Shown one piece after another: positions 13,699-28,200 of a stretch of DNA of 64,000 nt. Origin of the DNA: Stylophora pistillata (taxonomy: Eukaryota); assembly GCF_002571385.2 (NCBI RefSeq), contig NW_019217985.1:383921-447920 (forward strand), written 5' to 3'. The position numbers and the translations under genes were made by a program. The notes under the pieces are model-generated. The model was not told the DNA's origin. It ran no database searches and saw only the letters and a list, made by a program, of their open reading frames with translations. Position 1 is the first letter of the stretch. Each line of letters opens with the position of its first letter.

Positions 13699-15000
13699 AG
13701 GAGCTTAAGATCCGACGACGGCAGACATCTGGGACGGCAGACTTGGTCGAGGGGGCTTGGGGAGAGTTCGCCGTTGCAATCGCGCGAAAAATAGCCTTAA
13801 GATAGCGCGCGCGACCGCAGCTGTAGCGGCTTTGCTCTTCGAAGTTTAGGAAAAGCAATGGCCACCTTTAGAGGGGCTCGTGAATTGTTAATCGCAAGTT
13901 TCGATGATGGTGACATTTCAGAAGATTAATTTTTACTGTTTTACGATGCCAACACTTCAAAGAATCTCGACTATCCCTACCAGAATTGCGAACATTTTGA
14001 CCTGGAAGGACTCGACGAAAGTGAGTGCTGGGCAGAGTTTCGTTTCCGAAAAAGGGATATACCTATTCTCGCAGACGCAGTGGCGCTGCCTGATTCGTAT
14101 ACATGTGAACAAGGGACTGTATGTGATGGAATTGAAGGCCTTTGTCTTTTGTTGAGAAGATTAGCGTACCCTTGTAGGTACAGTGACCTAATCCATCGTT
14201 TTGGCCGCCCAGTACCAGAATTTTGTATGATCACTAATAATGTATTGGAAACTGTGTACTGCTTACATCATCACCGTCTGACAGCATGGAACCACACCTT
14301 AATGAGCCCCCCTCAACTTCAGAGTTATGCTGATGCCATACAAAGGAAAGGAAGTCCCCTGCCGAATTGCTTTGGCTTCATAGATGGTACAGTAAGACCC
14401 ATTTGCCGACCACAAGAAAACCAAGGAATTGTGTACAACGGACACAAAAGAGTCCACGGATTGAAATACCAATCTGTTGCATTTCCATGTGGTATAATAG
14501 CCAACATGTACGGGCCAGTAGGTAATGGAAATTATTCCTTTCAATTTTTAGTCACATGAGAACCATCTGTCAGACGGTAAATACAAACAGAGTGATAGAT
14601 AGGTGAAAGCAGTTTTAGGCGTGGAACATATCAAGTAGTATAAATAAAAGTTGTATTTCTTTTAAAAAGTACAGAACACAATTTTCAATCAAACTGTGCA
14701 TTTTCTTCCAGAGGGCCGCAAACATGATTTTGGCCTTTTGCGAGCCCCTGAACACCATGCTTTTTCTCCACTGGTAACCCCATGGCCTTATATGGTGACC
14801 CTGCTTACCCATTAAGAGTTCACCTTGCTGTGCCATATCGCGCTGCAGATATCACTCCCCAGATGGAAGAGTTTAACAAGTCGATGAGCAGTGTCCGCAT
14901 TTCAGTAGAGTGGGTTTTTGGGGATATTGTCAACTAATTTAAATTTGTGGATTTTAAGAAAACTCATGCAAAAGATATCATTGAGTGCGGTGGGAAAGGT
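13699..15000 (+). pseudogene. Defective PIF/Harbinger-type (ISL2EU-like, DDE_Tnp_4) transposase, spliced
   Basis: ATG at 13858; motifs LLRRLAYPCRYSDL..FGR, CFGFIDGT, YNGHKRVHGLKYQ; intron ~14522-14711; then EGRKHD, YGDPAYP, RISVEWVFG. In-frame stops near 13927 and 14935. Probable terminus AGGAGCTTAAGATCCGACGACGGC at ~13699. Confidence 0.9.
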
Positions 15001-15007
15001 ATACATT

Positions 15008-15315
15008 GGGGAGGCGCGGTGGCCTCATGGTTAGTGCGCTCGACTCCGGGTCGAGTGGTCCGGGTTCGTGTCCCGGCCGGGACATTGTGTTGTGTTCTTA
15101 GGCAAGAAGAAACTTTTCTCTCACAGTGCCTCTCTTCACCCAGGTGTATAAATGGGTACCGGCAATCTAATGCTGGGGGTAACCCTGCGATGGACTGGCA
15201 TCCCATCCGAGGGGGAGAAGAAATACTCCTGGTCGCTTCATGCTACAGAAACCGGAGTTAAGCACCGGCCTAATGGGCCACTAGGTTCGTAAACAGACTT
15301 TTATCTTTTACCTTA
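15008..15315 (+). mobile_element. Full-length tRNA-derived SINE
   Basis: A-box TGGCCTCATGG, B-box GGTTCGTGTCC, central CTCTCACAGTGCCTCTCTTCACCCAGGTGTATAAATGGGTACC, T-rich repeat tail; second copy at 32528-32820. Confidence 0.9.
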
Positions 15316-15949
15316 TGTCTGAGCTTTTTCTTACTTATTTAATGGCAGACATGTCTCATCAAGGAAGGCATGTATGTGCTCAAAACCAACTCGGAAAAAG
15401 GTTGCTTTGGCAAAAACTACATTTTTGATTATCTAATGTCAAAACAGATCAAGGCTATCAGTTTTCTTACCATGGCGTCCAGGGCACACACAAAATCCAA
15501 CTTCTAACGTACTTCTGCAATGTTCAAAGAGCCTTTGCAGTTAAACTCTCATTGAAAAGTAAGCGCGAGTCAGAAAAGAAAAGAGAGCTCCAGTCGGCAA
15601 TCGACATTATTACTCGTCATAACACTACTTAATACTATAAACATTCAGGCGCACCAACGCGTGCAAACTGTGGTAAACCGGGAGGCCGGCAAACCATGGT
15701 AGAATCCAGTCTTGTTGCTATTTTAATTAACGCTTTCATGAAGGACAACGAATAAATGCAATATCAGCTGGGGAAAAAAAGAGGAGAAACTTACCGAATT
15801 GACTCTGGTTTACGGCAAGGCGAAGTGAAGGCTCTTCAACACAGCGACCACACTATGTGATGATTTCGCGCCAGTCTTCACACTCGATGACGTCATGCCC
15901 CCCAGCAGATCGCTGTTCCATTTGCGGTTTGTATTTTTGGTGGTTTCGG

Positions 15950-16480
15950 CGAAATAGCGTAATGTAGAATGGTAGAGCGTACATACAAACAGTGTAGCGT
16001 TGCGTGAAATGGCACAGGGTAATGTCGCATGACACAGCGTACACACGTTTGGTGTAGCGTTACGTCGAATAGCTTTGCAGAACATCAGACGCTCTCTTTG
16101 AACATTAAATTGCTGAGCATTACATGAAATATTTCGATGTTGTGGCCAATCGTCGAGCTTGCTTGTGGCGTAACGTGAAGGCTGAGCTATATCACGCAAC
16201 GCTACACCGTTTGTGTGTACGATGTACCATTTGACATAACGCTGAGTCATTTGACATTACGCCGAGCCATTTCGCGCAACGCTACACCATTTGTGTGTAC
16301 GCTGTACCATTCCACATTACGCTGGGCCTTTTCACGCAAAGCTACACTGTTTCTACCTACGCTGTACCATTCGACATTACGCTGAGCCACTTCACGCAAC
16401 GCTACACCGTTTGTGCGTACGCTGTGCTACTCCAAATTACTATGAGTCATTTGACGCAACGCTACACCGTTTGTGCACTG
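15950..16480. repeat. Foldback-type array of ~60-bp units in inverted orientation
   Basis: Unit CACGCAACGCTACACCGTTTGTGTGTACGCTGTACCATTCGACATTACGCTGAGCCATTT repeats on + at ~16190-16480 and on - at ~15950-16070. Confidence 0.75.
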
Positions 16481-16762
16481 TATTGCAAATGAATGCTAGA
16501 CTATTCGCAATTTGGCTGGTCCATTTCACAATTTCATGTTCCAACTCGACATGGGAAACTAGACTGTTTATCATTTGGCTAAACTATTTATGTATAGGGT
16601 GTTCTGTTTCATGAAGGAAATCTAGACTGTCTATAATTTGGCCATACCATTCCTTTATATTAGCTACGCTATGCTGCAGCTGATCCTTAAACCATCTTTG
16701 TATTTACTGATCTATTTGACAGCCTTGTATTTTTGGTGGTGACGGCCGCCCATAGTTATCCT

Positions 16763-18068
16763 TGTATTCCCACGTATTCCCATGTGTTCCCATGTATTCC
16801 CACGTATTCCCATGTATTCCCACGTACTCCCAGGTATTCCCACGTATTCCCATGTATTCCCACGTATTCCCATGTATTCCCGTGTATTGCCACGTATTTC
16901 CATTTATTTCCACATATTTCCATGTATTACCATTTATTCCCATGTATTCCCACGTATTCCCATGTATTCCCGCGTATTCCCATGTATTCCCGCGTATTCC
17001 CATGTATTCTCACTATTCCCATGTATTCCCACGTATTCCCATGTATTCCCATCTATTCCCAATGTATTCCCATGTATTCCCACGTGAAATATCGCTAGTA
17101 TCGATATTTTTCGATCCGACCTCAGTATCGCTGGTATCGAATATTTGGTGTCGGTATCGGCCCATCCTTACTAGTTTTTCCCATCTAGACCGGCATCTAG
17201 ACCGATCTTATTGTACCAGTTGCCTAGCTTCAAAAAGTTACAAACAAAGAATACAAAAAAATTGGCTTGTTCATATTCATAACACTCAATGGAAGAATCA
17301 TTAAACCTTCACGGGGAAGCAGGTAAACAAAACGAGCAAGTAGAAGCAAATTTGAGTCCTACCGAAAAAGTTCCGAGGAAAGATGAAGTCGAAATTAAAA
17401 TTATTTATTTATTTGTTCCGTTGCTTTCCTGGGAATACATGGGAATACATAAGAATACATGGGAATACATGGGAAAAGGTGGGAATACATGGGAAAACTT
17501 GGAAATACGTGGGAATACATTGCAATACATGGAAATACACGGGAATACATGGGAATACGTGGGAATATACGGGAATACGTGGGAATACATGGGAATACGT
17601 GGGAATACATGGGAATACGTGGGAATACGTGAGAATACATGGGAATAGATGGGAATAGATGAGAATACATGGGAATACGTGGGAATACATGGGAATACGC
17701 GAGAATACATGGGAATACGTGGGAATACATGGGAATACGTGGGAATACATGGGAATACGTGGGAATACATGGGAATACGTGGGAATACGTGAGAATACAT
17801 GGGAATAGATAAGAATACATGGGAATAGATAGGAATACATGGGAATAGATGGGAATACATGGGAATAGATGGGAATACATAGGAATAGATGGGAATACAT
17901 GGGAATACGTGGGAATCCATGGGAATACGTGGGAATACATGGGAATACGTGAGAATATATGGGAATACGTGAGAATACATGGGAATACATGGGAATACGT
18001 GAGAATACATGGGAATACATGGGAATACGTGAGAATACATGGGAATACATGGGAATACGTGGGAATAC
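16763..18068. repeat. Inverted 10-bp minisatellite arms, (TATTCCCAYG)n at 16763-17085 and (GGGAATACRT)n at 17430-18068
   Basis: Directly visible arrays facing each other across a ~345-bp spacer; the right arm runs into an N gap. Confidence 0.9.
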
Positions 18069-18081
18069 NNNNNNNNNNNNN

Positions 18082-18358
18082 AGAAGCTAGAGTCGCTCTC
18101 GGCTATCGCCTCGAGCGACTCTTACCCTTCTGTCGTGCTTAGCAACCTCCCGCGTGCATCTATAACTCAATAGTGTACGCTGTGGTGTTTACCATTTGTT
18201 AAATTGAGTCCTGGATGTACTTGGGAGGTTTGCGAAGCACTCAAGAGGCTAGAGTCGCTTTCGGCTATCGCCTCGCGCGACTCTTACGTGCTTAGCAACA
18301 TCCCGTGTGCACCATAATTCAATAGTGTACGCTGTGGTGTTTACCATTTGTTAAATTG
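18082..18358 (-). mobile_element. Partial tandem copies of the hairpin element also found at 36829-37220
   Basis: GAGTCGCTCTCGGCTATCGCCTCGAGCGACTC core and GTGTACGCTGTGGTGTTTACCATTTGTTAAATTG arm, present twice. Confidence 0.8.
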
Positions 18359-19681
18359 GGGGCTCTTAGGCTCAACCTGTTGCATTGATAAGTATATGTC
18401 ATGTATCATAAATGTTTTTATATATCAGCTTGATATTCAAGGTACTTAGAGAAAAATTGTCACTTTAGCCATTTTTTTTCCAAATTTCGAGCTTAGACAT
18501 CTTGAACAAATGCGTAGTTACCATCAATTTTCTCGTTGGTTTTTAGTAGCCCTTTTAGAGATCTATGTTTCTCACACAATGATCCGCCTGGAAATAATAT
18601 CGCCATTATATTCCTACGGGCGCTATCCTTGAACTGAAAATTTTTTTTTGTATTACCTCGACAGGGAAAAGTAAGTAAACCTTTTTAATTAAGGGGGGAC
18701 ATATAATATCCTCCACCAGATTTTACCGAAGGTTACAAAATTCTGGAAGAAAGGCAGGAGACTCATCGAATGATAGGAGAATTTTAAATGAATTAAAATG
18801 TCATAGTTTCCTTCAATTATCGGACCAACTTTAGGACAAGATGTGACTGAAAACGAGCTAGACTGGTGATCTAAATTTCAATACTGATGGATAGTTTAAT
18901 GAGGTATACCCTACTGCCCCTTTATATGAACTCCTACGAGTTAGAGAAAAAAAAAGCTGTATTTTTGTAAAGAGTGGAATATTTATTTGTAGTTTGTGTA
19001 ACTCGTGGACCAACCACGAGATCCAGTTACAAAACGTTGTTTAGATCGTCTTTTATGTTATGTAACGTTTCATTACTGATAGCTTAACTTACACCGCGTT
19101 ACAGTTTAGATAGGCAAGGAATATTCCACAGCTGTGTGATTTATTACCAAGTATTAATACAATAACTAAGTTTGGAGTGTACTTAGAATAATAGAAACGA
19201 CCAATCAGTTAGCTTGAAAAAGACAATTTCAAGTATGGAAAGAGGCAAGGTTTCTAGCAACAGATTCTAACCTGCCTTCTGGTTAGAGGCTTGAGCAACC
19301 GACTATGCAATGGATTATTAACCTCCTCTTTCAAATAATATTCAATTTTAAATCCGCATTCCAGGCGGATTAGGACAAAAGTTGATAACAAAATGTCATG
19401 CTCAAAATCATAAAATATCATTTTTACAAAATTCATAAAATAGATCAATTTGGAAAAGAACCTCATAACTTAGAACGCTAATATTTTAAATTTTATATAC
19501 ACCAATATGAAACGATATATACACCACAAAGAATTATATAATTAGAGAACAATTAATATACACCTATGTAACAACGCGTTGGCATAGTTTACGTTATTTT
19601 TAATACACAAAATACATTCCTTTTTTACTTTACTTTCAAAAAGTGTCAAACCATTAATATGCCTAAATAGTACTACATAAC

Positions 19682-22600
19682 TCAAACAGAAAGAGAGTCC
19701 GTCCATGTATAACCAAGAAAATGAGGTTCCACCAAGTCACTTTCGCTATTTTGGCGGCTTGTTAATTTTCTTTTGGACAATTTATTTTCAATCGACTTTT
19801 GACAAACCCTCTGAGTTACATGCGCTTTTATGGTTGATTTCTTGCGACGTTCGAAGAAACAGTGCCCACAGGCCCACCAGAAATCCTCTTCGGCGCTCTT
19901 GTGTCCATTTGCTTTACGGCGAGTGCTACTAGCCATACATCTCTTCCCAACCAACTTTAGAAGACCCGGATGCTCGGGTTGCTCCACAATATGGTGAATT
20001 GATGTTTTGCTATTGTAATACTTTGAAACCTAAGAAGAGGACATTAATTAATATCCTTTCCTTGGCAAACAAACACCGATGGTATTGCTTAAAAAACACA
20101 ATGCAATTGATTGGGTCAGTTGCTGATAGTAATATGTCTACCCTGAGATGAGTGGTTGGGTTCGGAGCACAAGGTAGTATTTAACAATGGCTTGATGTCG
20201 GGTGGAGAGATAGAATGAAGGCAGTACGGCTCTGTTTTAATGCCGAGCTGATCATACCATGTTTTGTCAAAAAATGTAAACGCAAGCCAAGACGTACCAG
20301 ACACAACGTTACAAAACACTTACCACGTTTCTATCTAAGACGGTGTGATCATGAAACAAAATTTTCCTGACAGCCAAGGATTCTGAACCAGGTTCGGAGT
20401 CGGTCTCAAAACTGTCAACAGAAAAGTGTTCCGATGTATTGTCTTCCTCATTTGTAAAAGAGAAGGCGTTTAATTGTCCACTCAAAGAACATGCCACTTG
20501 ATTTGAAAATTCTGTGAAAGGATACAATGGCTGTAAGTTAAAATGCCTATTTACTGATCTAATACTTTGAAAGTATTTTCAAAACAAGCCAAGAAGACAC
20601 ATTGAAGTCAATAGGGTACTCCTTCGAAAAACTTAGCGTAAATAAATCGGATCAGTTGTTAATCCAGGGGACCAATGGGTACCACTGACGCAGAGGAACA
20701 CCTTATGCTCACTGGAAGCTCATTACAAATTAAACTTCTGAATAAAAGCAAAGCTAAAAATCAAGCTAAGCAATGACGAATTTGCATAAGATTGGAGGCG
20801 CCTAAGGCCATGGGTTCCCCGAATATGCTTTTGTCCTACTCTATCTCTTCTGATACTCACGATATTTCAGTTTCGAATTAAGACTTTGACCGAAAGCCCG
20901 AACTGAAATTACTTAAAAACTCGATTGCCAATCTTTGCGTGATTCTTTTCGTTGGTTGCCTTGATTCATTCAGTGAAATAAAGAAACAGTGGAAGGGCAA
21001 CTTCTCCCATCATCAATTTTATTTTTAATAAGACCCAGAGAGTTCCAAAAAAAACCCGTGAATATCGATTATCGTTGCTGAAGGAAATCATTCCACCGTA
21101 TAATCAATCGATCAAATTTATTTCAATTTCTTACATCCCATTCGTCATTACCCATTCCTCACTTTCCATTTTTTCTTCACCCAACTCATTCCACATTGTT
21201 CAAATATAAAATGAGTAGGCACATGCGGACCAGTTCAAGTTGTTGGCGGAGACTCACTCCCTCCTTCTTACATACATGAAAACGTAGTGGCTAAAGCACC
21301 ATGCAGTGTATTAGCCATAAAAAGGTAATGCGTAACGCCTACATTTTCACACAGGGTCTCACAAAACAAAATTAGATTAATCACGAAATTCAAACAGCAG
21401 CTGCTGACACAAAGAATGCTCGCAAATCAACCTCACTTCAATTAAGACAGTTATATTCTTAAGTTTATCCCAAAGTGAAAAACACGTTATCAACGTACTG
21501 AACATATTTTCCAGCATCTATTTGGCAATATATTTGGGACGCTAAATTGTGAAACTGACCCTATCGGTTTTCTGAAGTTGGGAATCGAACCGAAACCGTC
21601 ACATGTCCTAAGAGAAAACGGATAAACATTTCTCTTCTTCTCTTTTCGCAGAGTGCTTAGAAGCAAAATAACTAAGTTATCAACAGCAAAGCCATCTTTC
21701 TTCTGTATTCTGTTACAAATGGAATATTTCAGGGGAAGGAAAGGTTCGAAAATGTTGAAGCCATTTCTGCGGTTCTCCAACGAAGTTGGAAAGCTTGCTA
21801 GCTACTGACTTAGGAAAGGATGTGCCCAAGTGTTTTTTGTTTATTTCTGTTCAATGTTTTGCTCATGCTCACAGCGTTTGTGTTTTCGTCCTTTTCCTAT
21901 TTTTATTCTTTACCTCCAGTTTTCTTGATATTTTACTTGACGTTTGTAATTTGAAACAAGAAGATAACCCTGGTGGAGACTTCAAAACGAACCGAATTAC
22001 AGAATTGAAAGAAAAAAGGAAGAAGAAAGGAGGTTTAAGAAAAATATTGTACAATAAAAATCAAGAAAAGTAACTGAAAACAATAAGGTCACCACAAGGG
22101 GACAAAATTTCTTGGAATGAATTGTGGAGCTCCTCATAGTTACTCATTATCTCTCCTTTTGCTCTCAATTCATGTAAATGACATTACATCAGCCATGAAA
22201 CGATAATTCAGCCTCAGTTCTAGATGACACCAACATATCTAATAAAAAAAATTAATCTTAAACAGTTGATTAACACTAACAACCACTTAAGTAGCTCGTC
22301 TTCATGGTTCAAGGCTAAAGGGTTGAATGATCGTTTCAGCCATGAAACGATAATTCAGACTTTATAGATGACACCAACATATTTAATAAAAAAAAATTAA
22401 CCTAAAACAGTTAATTAACACTAACAACCACTTAAGTAGCTCGTCTTCATGGTTCAAGGCTAAAGGGTTATCAAAAATAAACAAATAAAAAGGGAAAACG
22501 AAAAAAGAAGGAAATTTACTGAACGGGTAGAGCAATATAACTTTTTAGGAGCAGTGATTGATGAAAATTAAACTGGGATAGCAACAGATATACATCTGAT

Positions 22601-25263
22601 AACCTCAAATATTTCCAAGAACATTGGGGTCATGCAAAACCTTAGCTTTTTACTTGTTCACAAAAGCTATTGATAGGTTATAATTTTTTATGCCGCTTAA
22701 GTTCACAGAGAAATAAGAAAGCCCATTGCTAATGTTACAAGTTATCCCAGGCTGTGCTTCTGATCACCATTGAGAAAAAAAAGGGAGAGTTTGCAAATGT
22801 CAATACCACACTATTAGGAGCAGCCTTATAAAACCACTCTTACATTGCAATAATGAATTATGGTTCCATCTTCTATTTGCACAGTTTGAGAGATTTTCCA
22901 CGGAGACTTACATTCTGATAAAGGAAGGTGACTATCTACACATACTCAGAATTCAAACAAACACAACATTTAGCCAACCTTGTTTTATTCCATTAAAGGA
23001 CCTTTCAGGAACATCACTGCTATCGCTGGGCCGGCTGAATTTTCGAAATAACCTTTGAACATTTCCACAGCTAGGCAAATCTTCAAGAGAAATCGTTGGT
23101 TGACATTAATTATAAAAAAATAGTAGGATATGACCGATATCCTACACAAATTTAATTTATCTCCTCCAGTTCCTTTAAGCAAGTATCAGTACTCCATTTT
23201 CAACAGAAAATGTTGAGCTGATGACCAGAACGAGTCCGTGATCAACAAAGTTGCTATTTTTGACCTCACATTTGTATCATCAATCGATACGGAGCGCTAA
23301 TATTGAACTCTGAAAACACAGAGGGTTTGCAAGCTGTTGTGAAAGTAAACCACACCAAACGAAGTCAGACAAGGATAATTAGTCATACATGTGTTTGCAG
23401 CGCTCTTGTGTAGAAAAGATAACTACTAGGATTTGAAGCAGAGACCTTGAAATCATTATAGTAACACCCTGAGATTTCTTGATATTTGGTCCGCATTTTG
23501 CGTGCACATCAACAATCCTATTTCACAGACAAGAGTCAGTTGGCTGTTCATCTTCCCTGCATTCATTGATGATATAAAAATACCAACCTCCTTTCTTCCT
23601 CATCTTGTAACTTGCTTTGGTTGTAACTCTGAATGGCTCTGACTTAACTGCTTCTTTCAAGTCTGAACCAAACTCCATTTCTATTATCATTTCCCATTTG
23701 TTTCTTTCAATGACTTCGGCCTTCTCTAGCCAGTAGACTGGATCACCTCCTTGTGTCTTGTACACCGACCCCAGGTCTACTACAACGACTCGGAATCTGG
23801 CCTCACTCTGAACAACCTTTACATCTAGTTCCACTGGACCTAAAAAAGACACAAATACTGATATCTCAAAATGCCGCGTTTCTAAGTGAAGCACAGCTTG
23901 TCAAATGATGCCTTAAGAAGTTACAAAGGCACTTAAAGAATCTATGAAAAGATGCATAGAATACCAATTGTGTCGTGAGTCCTCCTCGCAGCCTCGTGAC
24001 ACCTTTGAGTGTAAGCTCGAATACTGGAGATCTCATCAGAAGCTTGGACAATCACAGTTACTTCTGAGTCGTCCAGGCGATATTCAAATCCTTCTTTAGT
24101 TTTCTTCGTCTTTTTGTCGTAGACGTCTTTGAGACCCACGATCTGAACTTCCACTTCAACTTCATAAGCCTTCTTTGGGACACTGTTTGTCTCTTGCTCT
24201 AAAAGATTTCAGTTGAGATATTTTCGACCAATGATATTTATTAACTTGTTTTTAAACTAATAACCCATTCACACCAAAGCTGAAACACGTTATAAAGCTG
24301 TTTTCTTCAACACGTTTTGTAATTTCTTTCGTTACAGAAATTCCTTAAACTTATGTTTTTATTCTTCTCGGATAAGGACGATAAACCATAGGCCTCTTCT
24401 CCTACATCTTATCTGGTTATTGGTTAGCAGGGTACGTGAAAGAACTTACGCACTTCTCGCAAAGAGTAGGACGTAGCTTCCACTGTCGCGGTCAGGCCTC
24501 ATTTCCGAAAAGTTGGGGTACATGTCAAAATCTCCTGTCAAACAAAAACTGTTAACTGCTCATCGCAGCCTAGCTACAGTTGTTGTAAGAGCATATTCCT
24601 GTGGAGATTGCACTATATAAATGCCACATCACCATGTTCGTCGACTGCGAATTTAGCCGAATAGTAAAAATACAAGTTAGTCGGTTAAATTGAGCCCTTA
24701 GTTAAATTTTTTATTTTCTTTCGCTGATCTCCAATCATTTAAGCCTAGTTTTCGTAACCACACGTTCTACTGTGTGGGTGGACTGCTCAAGTTGGAAATG
24801 GCGCTGTTTTGACTGAAATATTGATAAGTATCATGTATATTTAAGACAGAGTCTAATTAGCACAGAGTGTTGTTTGAGATCCGAATTTTAGCTTCTGACT
24901 TCTCATAAAAAGAATCGCTATAGCAAAAATCAGATAACGAAGGTAAAATCCGCTAAAATCAGGTAAAAAGAGAAACTAAAGGCGGCGGGCTTAAACGTGT
25001 AAATCGATCATTCCTTAAACCGCCTGCTGGTGACTAACAATGCCTTCGATACCCGCGCCTACAACTGTGACACCCAAGTAAAGTTTCGGCTCACCTAATA
25101 ACTCGTCCCCCGCTTCACGAAACAAGGAGCTTATGCTGTAAAGTTCTTCGACTGTAACTGACTCTGAAATATGACTCACTGGAGGGAATCCTAGTTCGGA
25201 CTGGATAAATTCGTCAATATCGCTGAGTCTATCTTCCAAGGTTGCATCGATCTTCCGATCCAT
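19682..25263 (-). CDS. Gene B: paralog of gene A, ~396 aa (acidic N-terminus, putative Ig-fold DNA-binding domain, C2HC zinc finger). Exons 25263-25095, 24198-23965, 23839-23588, 20511-20324, 20029-19682
   Basis: GT-AG exons with phases 1,1,1,0 give an open 1191-nt CDS. Intron positions match gene A and the last exon has the same 348-nt coding length. Confidence 0.85.
22188..22468. repeat. ~140-bp tandem duplication in gene B intron 3
   Basis: TCAGCCATGAAACGATAATTCAG...TTCAAGGCTAAAGGG occurs at ~22188 and ~22336. Confidence 0.85.
22520..22650 (+). mobile_element. Degenerate LINE (CR1/L2-like) reverse-transcriptase C-terminal fragment
   Basis: Translates as ERVEQYNFLGAVIDEN*...HLITSNISKNIGVM, matching the FLG..ID..L.W..HI..I..KIS..IG pattern. 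Confidence 0.55.
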
Positions 25264-28200
25264 TTGGCAAAACTGGATGCTCCTGTTGTTCTTGCAATAC
25301 AGCAATGATACGATTTAAGAGCAAATTCAACTGAACTTCCTGTAGAAACTTTTAAGTAAGGCATCTAGACAGAGGAAGTCACGCCGAACCAATAGTAAAC
25401 ACGCTTTACTTCCGATTCGAGGGGGGGCGGGTATTAACTTTTCAATTGGCCTCTTACGCAAACTTTGTTGCGGAAGAAAAAGAAAACCCGCCGACGACAG
25501 GCGATTTTACACTACAATACTAGACGTGTGCATACGTTCACACGCACTTTTTTAAGTTACGAGAGCTACGTGACGACAAGTTACGATGCAGGACAATACA
25601 TTTGTTTCTGATACTCAGCAAAGTAATTCAAACCGACTTTTTAAATAGAATATTCATATTTGCATTCGGTGTAACGAAAACTGTGTTCACTGCCACGTAC
25701 ATTAAAGGAGTCTTGCACGCACAAAGGAAAAAAATGGTAAGAACCAAGGAGCTACAGTCTAGGACCTTAATTATCCTATGTTCCTAATGACCCGTCGGAG
25801 AACCTATGAGGTATAACTACTAAGCGTTCGAAAATATTGTTAGGGAGACCATTTGGAAGGGTACTCTAGCATTATTCTTGTATAGACGGAACTGAAATTA
25901 TACTATCGTCTTGGTCGAAAGGAAAATCCGGCTCTTTCTTCTTTTCGCTCGTCTCATGAATCTCCAGATTATTTAACAGGAACTCTAAAGTGAAAAAGTG
26001 GTATTCTGAACGACAGTTTCATCAATTTCAGGAAATGTGTATTGCGAAATTTAACATTCACATGATTCTTGTTTAGAAAGCGTTGACCCGCGATTGTGCA
26101 ATCACAGAGAGGAAGTTTAAGGTCACGCGACTCCTCGGCCGGAAACAGTGAATGTTGTCACGATAGCTCTTGGCTAAGTAATGTACGTTATCACATTTGA
26201 TTTCTCTCGAAGATGTCACTGAAATTTTAGCGGCCTTCTTTTTAAGATACGCATAAAGATCGCAAGCAAAGCAATTGCCATTTTTGCTTAAAAGCCGGTT
26301 TGTCTTAACGAAAAGATGGAACCACGACTAGGAAAATATGGATCGATATCTTCATATCAAGCGATGCCTCGAACGAAAAAAAGCCACACGACCAAAAAAA
26401 TAAACTTTGTCTATGCACTTAAACCGATTATCATCAACACTGTTTATTTGTGTCTGTTCTATTCTCGTCTCCTAATCCAAAGACGCCAAACCGCTCTGAT
26501 GTGTCAAATTTCATTTATTTTTACCTTCACGATTATCACCATTCAACTAATATTTCCTTTAAACCATAGATAACCATCGATCGTCTGAGTATCACATAAT
26601 ATCATTCGCAATCAACGAAGACCTACCTCACCAGCATTTCGAAATATTCTTGAGGAAGATTGGTTTTAAAAGTTTGCGCTTTGTTTGGATGGGCGAGTAG
26701 GAACAAGCGCTAGAAGCCTTCACAAAAGGGGGTAGTTTTTTAACAATGTTTACGTTTGAGAGTGGAGATGCAAGTGCCGAGATGTTGCTCAGAAGCCTAT
26801 GGCTTTGACTCACTGGTACCTATCTCATTCTAAAATCTTCGCGCTTAACAATCTTCGTAAGCTGTTATTTGTACACCCTCTTCAAATAAAGTTGACTTCA
26901 AATTTGCGTATGTAACTTTGTAGTTATTTCTTAGATTCAAGTCTGGTTTGCTTATCATCGAGATTGTCCCAGTCTTTCAAAATACAGGCTCAAACGAGGC
27001 TCAATATCACTATGGACCCCGGGACGATCGGGAACACAACGATCATACGGATAGAACTGAGTTTGTGCATTAGTCCGAGCCTCCATAGGATCGCCCAGAT
27101 CCTCACAATCGTCACGAAAACTACGGCGATCTACAGAAATTGAGTCGCTAAATAAGAATTTATCTCCCAATAGTCTTTTCCTATTGACTTTCAAGCCAAT
27201 AAGTCTACATGAATACTCTTGGTATTATCAAAAACACAAAAACAAATGCTTCAAATGCTTACGAATATAAATATCGTAATTAAGAGTCCGGAAATCGTAA
27301 TTTAAAAGATCACAAGACAAACGAGTCGTACGCCGAGGGTTATAGTTTTAGCTCGCACACATTATTGATAAGTCTCAAAACTCAAGTTTCCTGAAAACCA
27401 TAATTTTTTAAAGTTTATTTAAAACAATTGAAAGCAACTTCTCCGAAAAGAGTTAATGGTATCGACCAACAATTGTCTTTGATCAACGTCAGTTGAAATA
27501 TAGATAATATACTTCTAGATGTCACGTACTAAAATCCATATGCGACTTTGGCCTTATGCCAACACACAACACGGGACCTTTACAGCCCATTGAACCTTTT
27601 ATTGAACCTTTCATTGAACCCTATATCCGTCTCTCGAATTTCTCTGTGATTTCCGAACTTCCTATCAGCAAAAATGTGCAAAGTCAAAAAGCACATTACG
27701 TGAGATCTTGCAGCAAAGGTATTTCGTGGTGTGCAAGTTAAAGAATAAACCAGATTGGGGAGAAATAATAGGTGAATCCTTGAAGCCCTAACATGATAGA
27801 TTAATTTATAGAAATTAATCAGCAGTTGCCAGTGAATGAATGTCAAAGTTATAACTAAGGCAACATCAAGTTCGACGCCTTGTCACGTTCAGGGGAGGGT
27901 ATTGCAAAAACTGTCATAGTTTCGGAATAAGTGGAGACCCTGCTTCACAAACTGACACCACTAAAAACACAAATATTTTGAAACACAGCCGTAGCTGGAG
28001 GAAAAACAGGTAAAGAAAGAAACCGTTACTAGCATCCTCCGCCAATGAAAGTGAAAGGTCCTTCATCGTTTCGAAAAGGTTGACAGCCTACCTTTCCAGG
28101 TTTCGGCACGTTTTTTTGGCACTGTTTTTCTTCTTGTTTTATTGAATACAACTCGTCCCAATATTTACAGTCGCAACAACTTTCTTGAACGAGATGTGCA

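Noticed and set aside
15008-15085. Possible tRNA gene
   Set aside because: The A/B boxes belong to a SINE head that continues into a ~300-bp dispersed repeat.
16704-18142. Many ORFs with YSHVFP / GNTWEY repeats
   Set aside because: Translations of a 10-bp minisatellite; no splice or homology support.
25380-25405. Possible ERSE (CCAAT-N9-CCACG) upstream of gene B
   Set aside because: The spacing and second half-site do not match the consensus.
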